NCBI RefSeq assembly: GCF_963921235.1
Contig: NC_086101.1
Span: 10,666,001-10,730,000, forward strand
Source of the DNA: Mobula hypostoma
Taxonomy: Eukaryota
Reading direction: 5' to 3'
DNA length: 64,000 nt
This document shows positions 1-13,000 of this stretch, one piece after another (within the stretch, counting starts at the first letter, position 1; each line of letters opens with the position of its first letter). Position numbers and translations under genes: made by a program. The notes under the pieces were generated by a model, which did no database searches, was not told the origin of the DNA, and worked only from the letters and a program-made list of their open reading frames with translations.

Positions 1-279
1 GAGATATCAGGGGTAAACATTTTACTCAGAGAGTGGTGAGTGCCTGGAATGGGCTTCCAACAATGGCTGCTGCACTTGCCTCTGACTTACTTGAGTTTAT
101 TTTTGTCAATCAGTACTGCTAAAATGGTGCTGCACTGCTCAAAGCTCCAATCTGCCACGAGTCACTGTCTTTTGTACAAACGTACTTAATTGGAGAACCT
201 GAGTGAACTACCCCTTCTCAGGCTTCGATCTCTGTGATGGAGTTTGCTCAACGTTCCAGGGGCAAGTAGCGAGGTGACT

Positions 280-1950
280 GTCAGGAGAGGGAAAAGGGAA
301 TAGACAGACAGTGCAGAATAACCCTGTGGCCATTCCCCTCAATAACTAGTATACCACTCTGAATGGTGTTGGGGAAAGGCACAGTGACCAGGGCTCTGGC
401 ACTGAGTCTGGTTCTGGGACTCAGAAGGGAAGGGGGTAGAAGATGAGTACAGTAGTGATCGGGGATTAGGGCTGAGGATGGTGCAGTTGCTACACAAGCA
501 AAGACAGTGTGTAATAAAATTCCAGGATGGACAGACAGACGACAGGGCAAAAATTCAGTCAGTGCAATGACAGTGCAGTGTAACAGGGGGACAAAATCGA
601 AAAAGATTATGAATACAGGACTGATGGAGTTACATCTGAATGCATGTAGTATATGAAATAAAGTAAATGATCTTGTAGCTCATTTAGAGATTGGCAGGTA
701 TGACATTGTGGGCATCACTGATTCGTAGCTGAAAGAAGTAGAGTAGAGCTACTAGGACTTGATGTTTCAATCCCTATGGTAAGTCAGCACTCTCGATATT
801 GGCAGTGGGCTTGGGGTGCTGACAAGGAGGGAGGGTAGGTACGTCATCGGGGTCATCAGGTGGGCATCCTCCTTCTTTGACGTTTCGTTGATAAGCCCAC
901 GACGTCTCCAGAGGGCTCAATGGTGCTACCTGGCGTCCCAGATACACCCCCTTCAGTTCCATACCCTCCTGTCTTCATCTTGCAGCCCAGTTGTTGTCTT
1001 TCCTTTTAATCCAAATCCAGTTGCTGCTTTCTTCTGCTGCGTTTGACAAGGACATGATTGTTTGTTGGAAGGAGTGACCCCTCACCCCCATCTTCTTCAA
1101 TAGTGGGGAACTTCTCATCCACGGATTCACATTTTATTGAAAGGAAAGGTAGGTAGGCAGAAGGGGTGGTGTGGTTCTGCTGATAAAAAAAATGTAATCA
1201 AATCCTTAGAAAAAAGTGACATAAGATCGATGTGTGTAGAGTTAAGGAACGCAATTGTAAAAAGACCATGCCGGGAGTTACTGTATATTCAGGACTCTGA
1301 ACTACAATACATGAGCTACAGTAGAGTAAAGAGAATTACACAGACTTGATAGAGGAGCTAGCCAAAGTTGATTGGAATGGGACATGAGCAGAGATGATGA
1401 CAGAGCAGCAATGGCTGGAGTTCTTGGGAGCAATTCAGAAGGCACAGGATTGATACAGTACATCCCAAAGAAATATTGTAAAAATGGGATGACACAACCA
1501 TGGCATAACCAAAGCAAAAGAGAGGACATATAATAGAACCAAAATTATTGTAATGCTTTCAAGAAAAAAAACCAGAAGGCAACTGAAAAAGTTACAAGGA
1601 ACAAAGAGATGAAATATGAAGATAAGCAAGCCAATCATATCAGACGATACCAAAATTTGTTTCAGATATATAAAGAGTAAAAGAGACGTGAGAGTAGATG
1701 TTGGACTGCTGGAAAACTACTCTGGAGGGGGATTATTTAGGGAAAGGGAAATAGTGGATGAACTGAATAAGGATTTTGCATCAGTCTGCACTGTGGAAGA
1801 CCCCAGCAGCATGCTGGATGTTTGAGACTGTTGGGGGCAGAAGTGAGTGAAATTCTCATAACGAGGGAGAAGGTGCTTTCGGAACATGAAAAGTCTGAAG
1901 ATAAATCAATCCCTTGGACCTGATGGACTACACTTGAGGTTTTTAAAATA
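280..1950 (+). mobile_element. Degenerate CR1 LINE fragment (ORF1 end, endonuclease, RT start), interrupted by a HERO fragment
   Basis: Decayed YLNA.S..NK and YDIVGITD endonuclease motifs (630-740) resume after ~1103; later FRYIKSKR and ELNKDFASV motifs. Confidence 0.75.
738..1103 (-). mobile_element. 5'-truncated RLE-clade (HERO-like) non-LTR retrotransposon 3' end
   Basis: The minus strand reads LLKKMGVRGHSFQQTIMSLSNAAEESSNWIWIKRKDNNWAAR*, the C-terminus typical of HERO-type elements, followed by a structured 3' UTR; it interrupts a CR1. Confidence 0.7.
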
Positions 1951-1955
1951 GGTAG

Positions 1956-2819
1956 TGTTACGAGAATACACATAAAATTAAGATGTTTGCTGGCCTGGGC
2001 TAGCATCAGTGGCATCAGCAGTTGGTCTGCCACCTGCCCTCAGGGGAAGGAGAGATAAGGAACAATGGAGCAGCGTCTGGAGATGTGTAATGAAGGGATG
2101 TGGGAGGAAGAGCTGTCTGGAGCGGCTCCCCCCTTTGAGCCCTGAACTGTTTGAAGTGATGGACAGGCGATACCCCAGCAGGGGGATAAAAAGGGACAGG
2201 TTCGCTAAGACAGACACACACGCCACCCGAGGTAACGAGACCCTGGAAGCGGTGCGCCTCTCACGAGTGGGTGAGAAGTATCAGACAACGACAAGGGTGG
2301 AAAGGTACGATCAGCGGGAACCCGGTGTGTGTCCGCCCTTGCCTGGGTGCCGGGTTCACTGCAGAGGATCGACCGCATCTGGAGGAGGGGTCACAGTCGG
2401 TGACCTCAGGTGACATCACCAAGGACCCGCCCAAAAAGCTGTTTCTGAGCCATCTCGCTGGTCTGTGAGCCATCCTGCTGGTCTGTGAGTGAAGCCGTTC
2501 TGAATGATGAGTTGTTCCTATTCTATCTCTCTCTTCCCCCACGTTGTCCATCGCCATGGAAACGATTACTGCGAACTGAACTTTGAGTCATTTTGAAATT
2601 TGGTCATTTACCCCTAGACAACGATAGAGCTTGATTGATGCTGTTATCTTAATTCTGTGCACATGTGTGTTTATCATCGCTGAACTGTTGCATTTATTAT
2701 CCTTTCGATTAATGTGTTGCTTGTTTCTTTAATAAAACTTTCTTAGTTCTAGTACTCCAGACTCCAACCGAGTGATCCATTTCTGCTGGTTTGGCAACCC
2801 AGTTACGGGGTACGTAACA
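1956..2819 (+). mobile_element. Solo LTR, family A (864 bp), 4-bp TSD GTAG
   Basis: TGTTACG...CGTAACA termini; GTAG at 1952-1955 and 2820-2823; GATAAAAAG TATA-like box and AATAAA inside; homologue at 19278-20149. Confidence 0.9.
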
Positions 2820-2820
2820 G

Positions 2821-3700
2821 TAGAAACGTAGAAATATTGAAAACTTGCAGCGCAGTACAGACACTTCAGCCCACAAAGCTGTACCGAACATGTACTTACT
2901 TTAGAAATCACCTATGGTTATCCATTGCCCTCTAATTTTCAAAGCTCCATGTACCTATCTGCCAGTCTCTTAAAAGACCCTATCGTATCCACCTCCACAA
3001 CCGTTGCTGGCAGCTCATTCCTTGCAGTCACCACTCTTTGCGTAAAAAAACTTACCCTGACATCTCCTCCATGCCTACCTCCAAACACCTTGAATTGTGC
3101 CCTCTCGTGTTCGCCATTTAAGCCATGGGAAAAAGCCTCTGACCATCCACACGATCAGTGCCTCTCATCAACTTATACATCTCTATCAGGTCACCACTCA
3201 TCCTTCTGCCACCATATTTGACCTTCAAAATGAACCACCACACACTTATATGGGTTAAACTCCATCTTCCACTTCTCAGCCCAGTTTTGTATCCTATTGA
3301 TGTCCCCCTCTAAACTTTGACAGCCCTCCACACTATCCACAACAGGCCCAACCTTTGTGTCATCAGCAAATTTACATACTAATCCCTCCACTTCCTCATC
3401 CAGGTCATTAATAATCATCATGAAGAGAAGGGGTCTCAGAACAGATCCCAGATGCACACCACTGGTCATCGTCCTCCATGCAGAATATGACCCGTCTACA
3501 ACCACTCTTTGCCTTCTGTGTGCAAGCCAATTCTGGATCCATAAACCAATGTCCCCTTGGATCCCATGCCTCCTCACTTTCTCAATAAGCATTACATGGG
3601 GTACCTTATCAAATGCCTTGCTGAAATCCATACATACTACATCTACTACTCTACCTTCATCAATGGGTTTAGTCACATCCTCAAAAAAAAATCAATCAGG
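2821..3700 (-). mobile_element. CR1 LINE 3' fragment (RT and tail) with internal deletion
   Basis: ORF 3191-3676 has DFSKAFDKV and KFADDTK; (TTTCTA)-type tail at ~2821. Confidence 0.85.
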
Positions 3701-3709
3701 TCCGTAAGG

Positions 3710-5397
3710 CCTTTTCTGATTGGCTGCCTGTGATTAGTTGTGTTCTGCAGGGGTTGGTGTTGTATATCAATGCTTTGGATGGTGGTCTTGATGGCTTTGC
3801 TCTCAAGGTTGCAGATGATAAGGAGATAGGTGGAGGGGTATGTCATGTTGTGGAAGCAGGGAGGCTGCAGAAGGATTTGGACAGATTGGGAGAATGGGCA
3901 AAATAGCAGCAGGTGTATTGCAGTGTTCGGAAGTTTACGGTCATACACTTCAGTCGAAGAAATAAAAGAGTAGACTATTTTCTCAACGTGCAGAAAATTT
4001 AATAAATCGAGGTGCAAAGGGACTTGGAGGTCTTTGGGCAGCCTTCCTTATAGGTTAACTTGAAGGTTGAATATGCGGTGAGGAAGACAAGTGCGATGTT
4101 AATACTCATTTCAAGAGAACTAGAATATAAAAGCACAGATGTAATTCTGAGGCTTTATGAGGCATTGAATTTTGGGCCCCTTATCTAAGAAAGGATGTGC
4201 TGGCATTGGAGAGGTCTTTAGGAAGGTTCACAAAAGATGATTCCTTCAGTGAAATGCTTGTCATAAAATGGGCATCTGATGACTCTGGGCCAGTGCTCCT
4301 GTAAATTAGAAGCATGAGTGGAGGTCGCATTGAACCCTACCAACTATTGAAAGGCCTTCATAGAGCGGATGTGGAGAGGATAATTACTAAAGGGGGAGTC
4401 TAGAGCCAGAGGGCACAACCTCAGAAAAGAAGAACATCAATTTAGAATGGGGATGAGGAATTTCTTTAGCCAGAGTGTGGTAAATCCTTAGTTTATGAGA
4501 ACACTCAGTCCTCTTTTATTGTCATTTAGAAATGCATACATGCATTAAGAAATGATACAATGTTTCTCCGGAGTGATATCACTGAAAATGAGCCAGACCA
4601 AAGACTAACACTGACAAAAGAACATAATTATCACATATAGTTACAACAGTGCAAAGCAATAGGATAATTTGATAAAGAACAGACATTGGTACAGTAAAAA
4701 AAAGTTCTCAAAGTCCCGAGTCGATCGACTCCCGAGTCCCCAATAGCAGGCAGCAAAAGGGAGAAACTCCCTTCCATAAACCTCCAGGCACCGTCAACTT
4801 GCGATACCTTGGAAGCAGCCGACCCCAGCCGACCCTGAGACCATCCATCCGAAAACTCCGAGCTTCCGAGCAGCCTCTCCAATACAGCCTCCCGAGCGCC
4901 ATCCTCTGCCGACCACCTTCGACCTCTCCCCGGCCGCTGAAACACGCAAAACTGAGGATTTCGGGGCCTTCAGCTCTGGAGATTCCGGTTACCTCACAGT
5001 AGCAGCGGTAGCAAAACAGTCATTTCAGAAGTTTTCCAGATGTTCCATTGTGCCCTCACGTCTGATTCCATCAAATCAGGATTGTGCACGGTCCCCTACT
5101 TGACAGATAACAGATATTCATCACCGAAGTGGCCACGCGTGCTGTCGTCGCGCCGCCATCTTCTCCCCCCTCCCGGAAGGAGAAGATCTGTGGAATTAGG
5201 TGCCACAGCTGGCTGTAGAGAGCAGGTCATTGAGTATATTTAAAGCAGAGGTTGATAGATTCGTGATCTGTTAGGGTGTGAAAGGCTACAAGAGAAGGCA
5301 AGAGAATGGGGTTGAGAGGGAAATGGAAAAGCCATACATAAATGGCGAAACAGACCTGGTGGGCCAAATGGCCTAATTCTACTCCAATGTCTTATAG
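3710..5397 (+). mobile_element. Degenerate CR1 RT/3' end, interrupted at ~4490-5175
   Basis: Decayed ADD, RLGEWAK and FFSQSVVN motifs; the 3' UTR ggccaaatggcctaattctactcc resumes after the insertion. Confidence 0.7.
4492..5175 (-). mobile_element. Non-autonomous LINE-derived element (GC-rich 5' end, AT-rich 3' end)
   Basis: Minus strand begins GGGAGGGGGGAGAAGATGGCGGCG (LINE-like 5' end) and ends near GACAATAAAAGAGG; it splits a CR1. Confidence 0.5.
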
Positions 5398-6010
5398 GAT
5401 TCAATAGTTAGGAGAACAGACAAGAGATTCTATGGACGAGAAAAGACATGGTTTGTTGTCTCCCAGGTGTCAGTGTCAGGGATATCAGATTAAAGGAGGA
5501 GAGTGAGCAGCCAGATGTCATGGCACATATTGGTTCCAACAACATAGATATGAAAGGGAATAAGATCTTCAAGAGCAGAGGGGGCTAGGTAGAAAGATGA
5601 AAAAACAGGACCTCAAAGGTAGTTTTCTCTGCATTGATGCCTATGGGAAACACTGGTGAGACGAAGAATTTGACAGATGAATATGTGGCTGAGGGAGTGT
5701 AGCAGATTTCTGGATCATTGGGTTTCCTTCTTGGGAAAGGTATGACCTACACGGAAAGGACTGGTTACACAGGAAATCGAGGGGAACCAATTTCACTATG
5801 GGCAGGTTTACAAGAGCTGATGGGGAGTTTTTAAACTAGATGGGCAGGGATATGGGAACTGGAGAGATGGGGCAGATGATGAGGCAGTGGTGTTAAGGTA
5901 GATCCAATGTGTAGAGAGACAGAGGAAGAATACCCAGTGGATTGGGCATAATTGCAGTTCGGCTGATGGGTTAATGTTTGTCTATTCTAACATCAGAAGT
6001 ATTGGGAACA
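5398..6010 (+). mobile_element. CR1 ORF1 (SGNH esterase-like) fragment
   Basis: Decayed DSIVR..DKRF, MVCCLPG, HIGSNN and FLDHW motifs. Confidence 0.7.
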
Positions 6011-6926
6011 AACATACAAAATCGACAGGCCCTTCGGCCTCAAAGCTGTGCCGAGCATGTCCTTACCTTAGAACTACCTAGGCTTACCCATAGCCCTCTA
6101 TTTTTCTAAGCTCCATGTACCTATCCGGGAGTCTCTTAATAGACCCTACCAATTCCGGCTCCACCACCACCGCTGGCAGCCCATTCCACACACTCACCAT
6201 TCTGCACAGAAAGCTTACCCCTGACATCTCTTCTGTACCTACTTCCAAGCAACGTAAAACTATGCTCTCTTGTGCCAGCTATTTCAGCCCTGGGAAAAAG
6301 CCTCTGACTATCGACACGACCAATGCCTCTCATTATCTTGTACACCTCCATCAAGACACCTCTCATCCTCCGTCGCTCCAAGGAGAAAGGGCTGAGTTCA
6401 CGCAACCTATTGTGATAAGGCATGCTCCCCAATCCAGACAACATCTTTGTAAAACTCCTCTGCACCCACGTCCTTCCTGCAGTGTGGGGACCAGAACTGA
6501 CCACAGTACTCCAAGTGGGGTATGACCAGGGTCCTATTTAGCTGTAACATTACCTCTCGGCTCTTAAACTCAATCCCACGATTAATAAAGGCCAATGCAC
6601 CCTATGTCTTCTTAACCACAGAGTCAACCTGCGCAGCAGCTTTGAGTGTCCTATGGACTTGGACTACAAGATCACTCTTATCCTCTACGTTGCCAAGAGT
6701 CTTACCATTAATGCTATATTCTGCCATCATATTTGACCTGCCAGAATGAACAACCTCACACTTATCCTGGTTGAACTCCATCTGCCACTTCTCAGCCCAG
6801 TTTTAAATCCTATGGATGTCCTGCTGTAACCTCTGACAGACCTCCACACTAGCCACGACACCCCCGACCTTTGTGTCATCAGGAAGTTTACTAACCCATC
6901 CCCCCACTTCCTCATCCAGGTCATTT

Positions 6927-8460
6927 TGTCATGGTCCGGTCCGTGAAGCCTGAATTCCGGTTCACGGTCTGGTCCGTGGACTCGGGACTCCGGATCTTCC
7001 AGCTGTCCCTCGTTTGGTTGAGTTAATCATAGGCACCTGATTCCCACCTTTGGGCTTGGAATATAAGTAGCCTCGGGGTTGAGTGTGGTCTGCTGGTTTA
7101 TCTTGTCAGTCCCCCTCGGAGCAACCTCCTGATGGAAGGCTAGTGAAACCATTCGTGATCTCTAGACTGGTTGGAGGACCACTGCTTCATGGAGCCTTGT
7201 TGCCACTCATTGGAGTAGTCTTTGCAGTATGGATTCGGCTGTTTCCCTGCCCAGCTGAGTGGCCGTCAGCCACTCCGAGCTAGGTAGGGATCCGGCTGTT
7301 TCCGTAGCCAGCGGAGGTTGCTGGCTGTAACTGCGATTTAGAGCAACCCCGAAGCAGAGATGGATCTGTCTGTCGTTCTTTGGTGTTTGTCTCTTCTTGT
7401 CCTCGCCTCCGTGGGGGTAAGTCAGGCCGTTCTGCCGTTTCTCTGCGGGGGATCTGTCTTGTCTTGTCCTCACCTCCGTGGGGTAAGTCAGACCATTTTA
7501 CCATTGCCCTGCGGGGGACATGTTTTGTCTTTGCCTCTGTTGGGTAAGTCCGGCTGTTCTGCCGTTACCTAACAGAAGTGGACCTGTCCCACCTTGGTGT
7601 GGAGAGGTTGAGTCCTGGCTTGTCTAAGTATTACTATTTATTATTTATGGTGCAACTGTAATGAAAACCAATTTCCCCCGGGATCAATAAAGTATGACTA
7701 TGACTATGTATAAGTTCTGGCTTTATGTCTATGTACCGTACTCTCTCATGTTGGTGTCGTGTTAATGATGAGTCCCGGCTTTCCGAAGGACAAGTCCCGG
7801 CTCTATGTTGATGTTCAGTTCCCAGTCTGTCTCTCAGCTACAGCCTCCGAGTTATCAGCCTCCGCATTTCAAGACGAAGATCCCACAGCCAAGCTCCAAG
7901 AACACTAGCCTCGAGGATCCCAATCCAAGCTCCAAGAACACAAGCCTCGAGGATCCCAAGCCAGGTTCCAAGAACACTAGCCTCAAGGATCCCAATCCAA
8001 GCTCCAAGAACACAAGCCTCGAGGATCCCAACCCAAACTGCAAGAAGACAAGGCTGAAGTCCCCAGCCTCCAAGCTCACGATCCAAGGCCCCAGCCTGCA
8101 GCCAAGCTCAAGACCCAAGACCCTAGCCTCAAGCCTCAAGAGCAAAGACTCCAGCCTGTCTCCAAGATCAGGCCCCTAGACCCCAGCCACGTCCTGTCCT
8201 GAAGCCATGTCATATCCTTGCCTGGTTCTGGGGTCCGAGCCCAAGGCAAGACCCAGGTTCTGGGTCCTTGTCCGGTCTCGGGCTCGGAGTCGAAGCCTTG
8301 TCTTCTAGTCCTGGTCCCCCTTACCCTCGTCCAAGTATGCGTTCTTGTCCCTGCTCCTAGTCTGAATGCTTTCACGTCCCTACTCTAGTCAAGTCCTGTT
8401 CCTTGTACTTCAGTGTCTGTGTCTTGCATTTGGGTCTGTTCCCAGCACCCCATTGTGACA
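6927..8460 (+). mobile_element. Long solo LTR, family B (1534 bp), 5-bp TSD CATTT
   Basis: TGTCA...TGACA termini; CATTT at 6922-6926 and 8461-8465; shares both ends with 41293-42333; internal tandem repeats. Confidence 0.85.
7889..8036 (+). repeat. 36-bp minisatellite, about 4 copies, inside LTR family B
   Basis: Unit CCAAGCTCCAAGAACACTAGCCTCGAGGATCCCAAT repeated head to tail. Confidence 0.85.
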
Positions 8461-10031
8461 CATTTATAAAAATCACAAAGAGTAGTGGTCCCGAATTAGA
8501 TCCCTAAATCACACCACTGGTCACTGACCTCCATGCAGAATATGACCCATCTACAACCACTCTTCACCTTCCATGGGCAAGCCAGTTCTGGATCCACAAA
8601 ACAATGTCCCCTTGGATCCCATGCCTCCTTACTTTCTCAATAAGCCTTGCATGGGTTACCTTATAAAATGCCTTGCTAAAATCCTTAAACACTACATCTA
8701 CAACTCTACTTTCATCAATGTGCTTAGTCACATCCTCAAAAAATTCAATCAGGCTCATAAGGCACGACCTGCCTTTGACAAACCCATGCTGACAATTCCT
8801 AATCATATTATGCCACTCCAAATGTTCAGAAATCCTGCTTCTCAAGATCTTCTCCATCAACTTATCAACCACTGAAGTAAGACTCACTGACATATAATTT
8901 CCTGGGATATCTCTACTTCCCTTCTTGAATAAGGGAACATCATCCGCAAACTTCCAATCCTCCGGAACCTCTCCTGTCCTCATTAATAATCTTCCCCTGA
9001 GACTCAGCAATCTCCTCCCTCGCCCGGGGTACATACCGTCCAGTCACTGTGGCTTATCTAATTTGATGCTTTCCAAACACTCCAGCACATCCTCCTGCAA
9101 TCGCCAAGATTGTTTTCCATAGTGAATACTGAAGCTATCTCCTCCGGTTCCACAGACACTTTTTCACTGTCACACTTGATCGCTCTTATTCTCTCGCATC
9201 TTATCCTCTTGCTCTTCCCATATTGTAGAAGAAATTGGGGTATTCTTCAATCCTGCCCGCCAAGGCCTTCTGGTGGTCCCTTCTGGCTCATTTAATTCCA
9301 TTCTTAGATTTTAGATTTAGATTTAGATTCTGAAGCTCCTTCCTGCAAGCCTTATAATCTTATAGATCTCCATCATTACCTCGTTTTTTTGAACCCTTCG
9401 TAAGCTCTTCTTTTCTGCTTGACTGGATTTACAACAGCCTTTGTACACCACGGTTCCTGTACCCTACCATCCTTTTCCTGTCTCATTGGAACGTACCTAT
9501 GCAGAACCCCACACAAATATCCCCGGACTATTTGCCACATTTAGTCTGTAGGTTTCCCTAAGAACATCTGTTTCCAATTTATGTTATGCTTCCAAGTTCC
9601 TGCCAGATAGCCTTATATTTCCCATTACTCCAATTAAACATTTCCCTAACTTGTCTGCTCCTATCCCTATCCAATGTTGAGGTAAAGGAGATAGAATTGT
9701 GATCATTATAACCAAAATTCTCTCCCACTGAATGACCTGGTACCTGATCAGGTTCATTTCCCAATACCAGATGAAGTACAATCTCTCCTCTTGTAGGCAT
9801 ATCTACATAATCTGTCAAAAAACCTTTCTGAACACACCTAACAAACTCCACCCCATCTAAACCCCTCACTCCAGGGAGATGCCAATCGATATTTGGGAAA
9901 TTAACATCTCCCAACTCAACAACCCGTTATTGTCACACCTTTACAGAATCTGTCTCCCAATCTGCTCCTCAATCTTCTTATTACTATTGGGTGGTCGATA
10001 GAAACACCCAGTCGAGTTATTGAACCCTTCC

Positions 10032-13000
10032 CTTTTTTTGTAATTTACCTTTCATTGAAGTTCATCATCAAACAAAACTTTCCATAAGATGTATTTCAGA
10101 TGCTGTACATATATATCATATAGTCATATTTGTCACAAATCTCCACATAATATTTATCTGAGGTATACACTTATAAAAAGGAGAGGAAAGAAAGAACCAT
10201 CAAAAGAAGAAAACTATGCACAAAGTAGGGAATGAACTTTTTTTTTTACAATATATTCATTGACTTGTGAGTATAAGATCAGGCCTATGAGGTATTATGT
10301 AGTTAAACCATTTTCCCAGTATGAATCAAATTGTTCCAATTTATGATTAACAGATGCTGTTATCTTTTCCATTTTGTAAATTTCCATTGTAATTTCCATC
10401 CATACATTTAAAGTTTGGCTTTCCTGTGATAACCATTTCCTGATAAGGGTCTTTTTACCAGCCACCAGCAGTATATTCATTAAATATTTATCTCTTTTCA
10501 ACCATTCTTGAGGTATATACCCAAAATATATGGTCTTGCTTTCTAAGGGTATTTCACATTTAAAGATGTCTTGTAGGGCATTGTGTATCCCATTCCCCTG
10601 TAGGGCATTGTGTATCCCATTCCAATAGTCTTTGATAATGGGACATTCCCAGAAAATATGATAATGGTTTGCATTTTGATTTCCACAATTTCTCCAGCAA
10701 ACAGGGAGGTTACTATCATAATGGGATTTCTGAGAGGGTGCAATAAAATATCTAACCAAGTTTTTCCACCCGTACTCCCTCCATTTCTGTGAACAGGTAC
10801 ACTTCCATTGATACCTCTATATAATTGTCCACTCTTCCTCAGATATTATTATCCCTCCTTCCTTCTCCCATTTTGTTTTAATATATGAAGTCGAATGTTT
10901 TAAGATTTGACAAACCCTTATACACGCTTGAAATTATTTTACTACCGTTGTCTGAATTATAGGCTTTTCTAAATAGCTCTATCAAACATGTACTTGCCTT
11001 GGTTACATTTATAACTGACTTATTAACATACTGTAGCATCTGTAAATATCGATAAAAGTCTTGTTTTTCTGATGTGTTTCTCTTTGAAAATTTCAAAACT
11101 GAGCAGTGTTCCTCCTTTCATTATATTGCAAATAGCTGTTATTCCTTTAGCTGTCCAGTCCTTAAATCTAGCATCCAGTTTATTCGGCATAAGATCCGAG
11201 TCATATGCACACCATTTAAGAATTGAAATGTCTCTCTCTAGTTTACATTCCTTTATAATAGTTTTCCATATTCTAAGAGTCCATTTCACCCATGGGTTAT
11301 CAATAGTATTTATGTAACTTTGTAGGTTGTTATCAGCCAAAATTGCCTGTATGGGGATGGAAATTACCTCCTCCTCAATGTTTTTTCCATTGAGCATCAT
11401 ATGATGGATTGCACCAGCATATTACAGCTCTCAACGGTGCTGAAAAATAGTAATCTCTAAGAGAAGGTAGGCCCCATCTCTCTTTTTCCTTGGCTAATTG
11501 CAAACTTTGGAGACAAATTCTATGCCTTTTACCTTGCCATATATATCTTGATAGCATCTTGTTCCATTCATTGAATTGATTTTGGTTAATCTATATTGGT
11601 AGGCTCTGAAAAAGATATAGCAGTCTGGGAAGTATATTCATTTTAATAGATTCAATCCTTGAACCGAGAACAAGAAAAGGAATTGGGTTCCATCTCATTA
11701 TATCTTCCTTATTATATATATATAATTGCATTCTGATAATTTTGCCAATTCTTTTGGCATAATGACGTCCAAATATTTGACAGACTGTGTTTGCCATGCC
11801 CAAGGATATCTACTTTCAATTTCTCATGGTGGGCCATAGTTATATGAAAGTACTTGGGTTTTATCTATATTGATGTTGTATCCTGATAATTGGCCATGTT
11901 TTTCAAAGGATTGCATCAATATAGGTAAAGAGTATGTTGGTTGCGTTAGATAGATCAAAATGTCATCTGCGTAATAGGCCAATTTATGTTCTGTCCCTTT
12001 AATAGTAATTTCCCTGATATCCTCATTTTGTCTGATGTGTTGAGCTAATGGTTCCAGATATAATGCAAAGAGTAGTGGTGGCCATGCACAACGCTGTCTC
12101 GTGCCCCTTTCTAGGGTAAACTGTAAGATAAATATCCTGCTATTTTAATCCTAGCAGTAGGATTGTCATATAGTGCCTTTATAGTTTTAATAATTGTGTC
12201 ATGTACACCAAATCTATGTAAAACTCTGTAAAGAAAATTCCAACTAACCGAGTCAAATGCCTTTTCAGTGTCCACACTTATCACTATTGGTTCATTTTTA
12301 TATGATCCATAATGTGAAGTGTCCTTCATATATTGTCTAGTGTTTAGCTTTGTTGTATAAAACCTGTCTGATCATTATGTATCAGTGGGTAGAAACTCTT
12401 CTAATCGTTTGGCTATGATGGAGGTAAATAATCTATAATCCACATTAAGAACAGATATTGGTCTAAATGACCTACATTCCATTTTATCCTTTCTTTCTTT
12501 CTTTCGGTATAGCTGAGATTATCGCCTCCTTCCAGCTAGGAGGCATTTGCGTCTTTTTTAAACCACAGTTCGGTTGTGTGGAGCAAAACAGGAATTAACT
12601 CATTTCTAAATTCCTCATACCACTCTATCCATCTGATCCTGGTGACTTTCTTAATTTAAGCCTACTAATAGCAGTTTTTAGTTCAGCCTCAGTTATGTCA
12701 GCAGTCATTGCTCTATTTTGTTCTTTGCTTAGAGTGGTAACTCTAAAGAATTCAGGAAGGTGTCAATCTGGGCTATGCTTCCCTGTGGAGCTTTGGAATA
12801 TAGAGTTCCATAAAACATTTCAAAAGCTTCTTCCATTTCACTAAGCTTATTTTTTTTTATCACTTTTGTTCTTGGATCCCGAATTCTATGAATTGTATTT
12901 TCTGCTATATTATTTCTTTTCAGTTTCCACGCCAGTATTTTCATAGATTTAGATCCAGTTTCATCGTGTCTCTGTTTCAGAAACATTTTTTCTAATTTAT

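Noticed and set aside
7805..8179. PSSKNTSLEDPN repeat protein or CRISPR-like 36-bp array
   Set aside because: Head-to-tail minisatellite without spacers inside an LTR; eukaryotic context, no cas genes.
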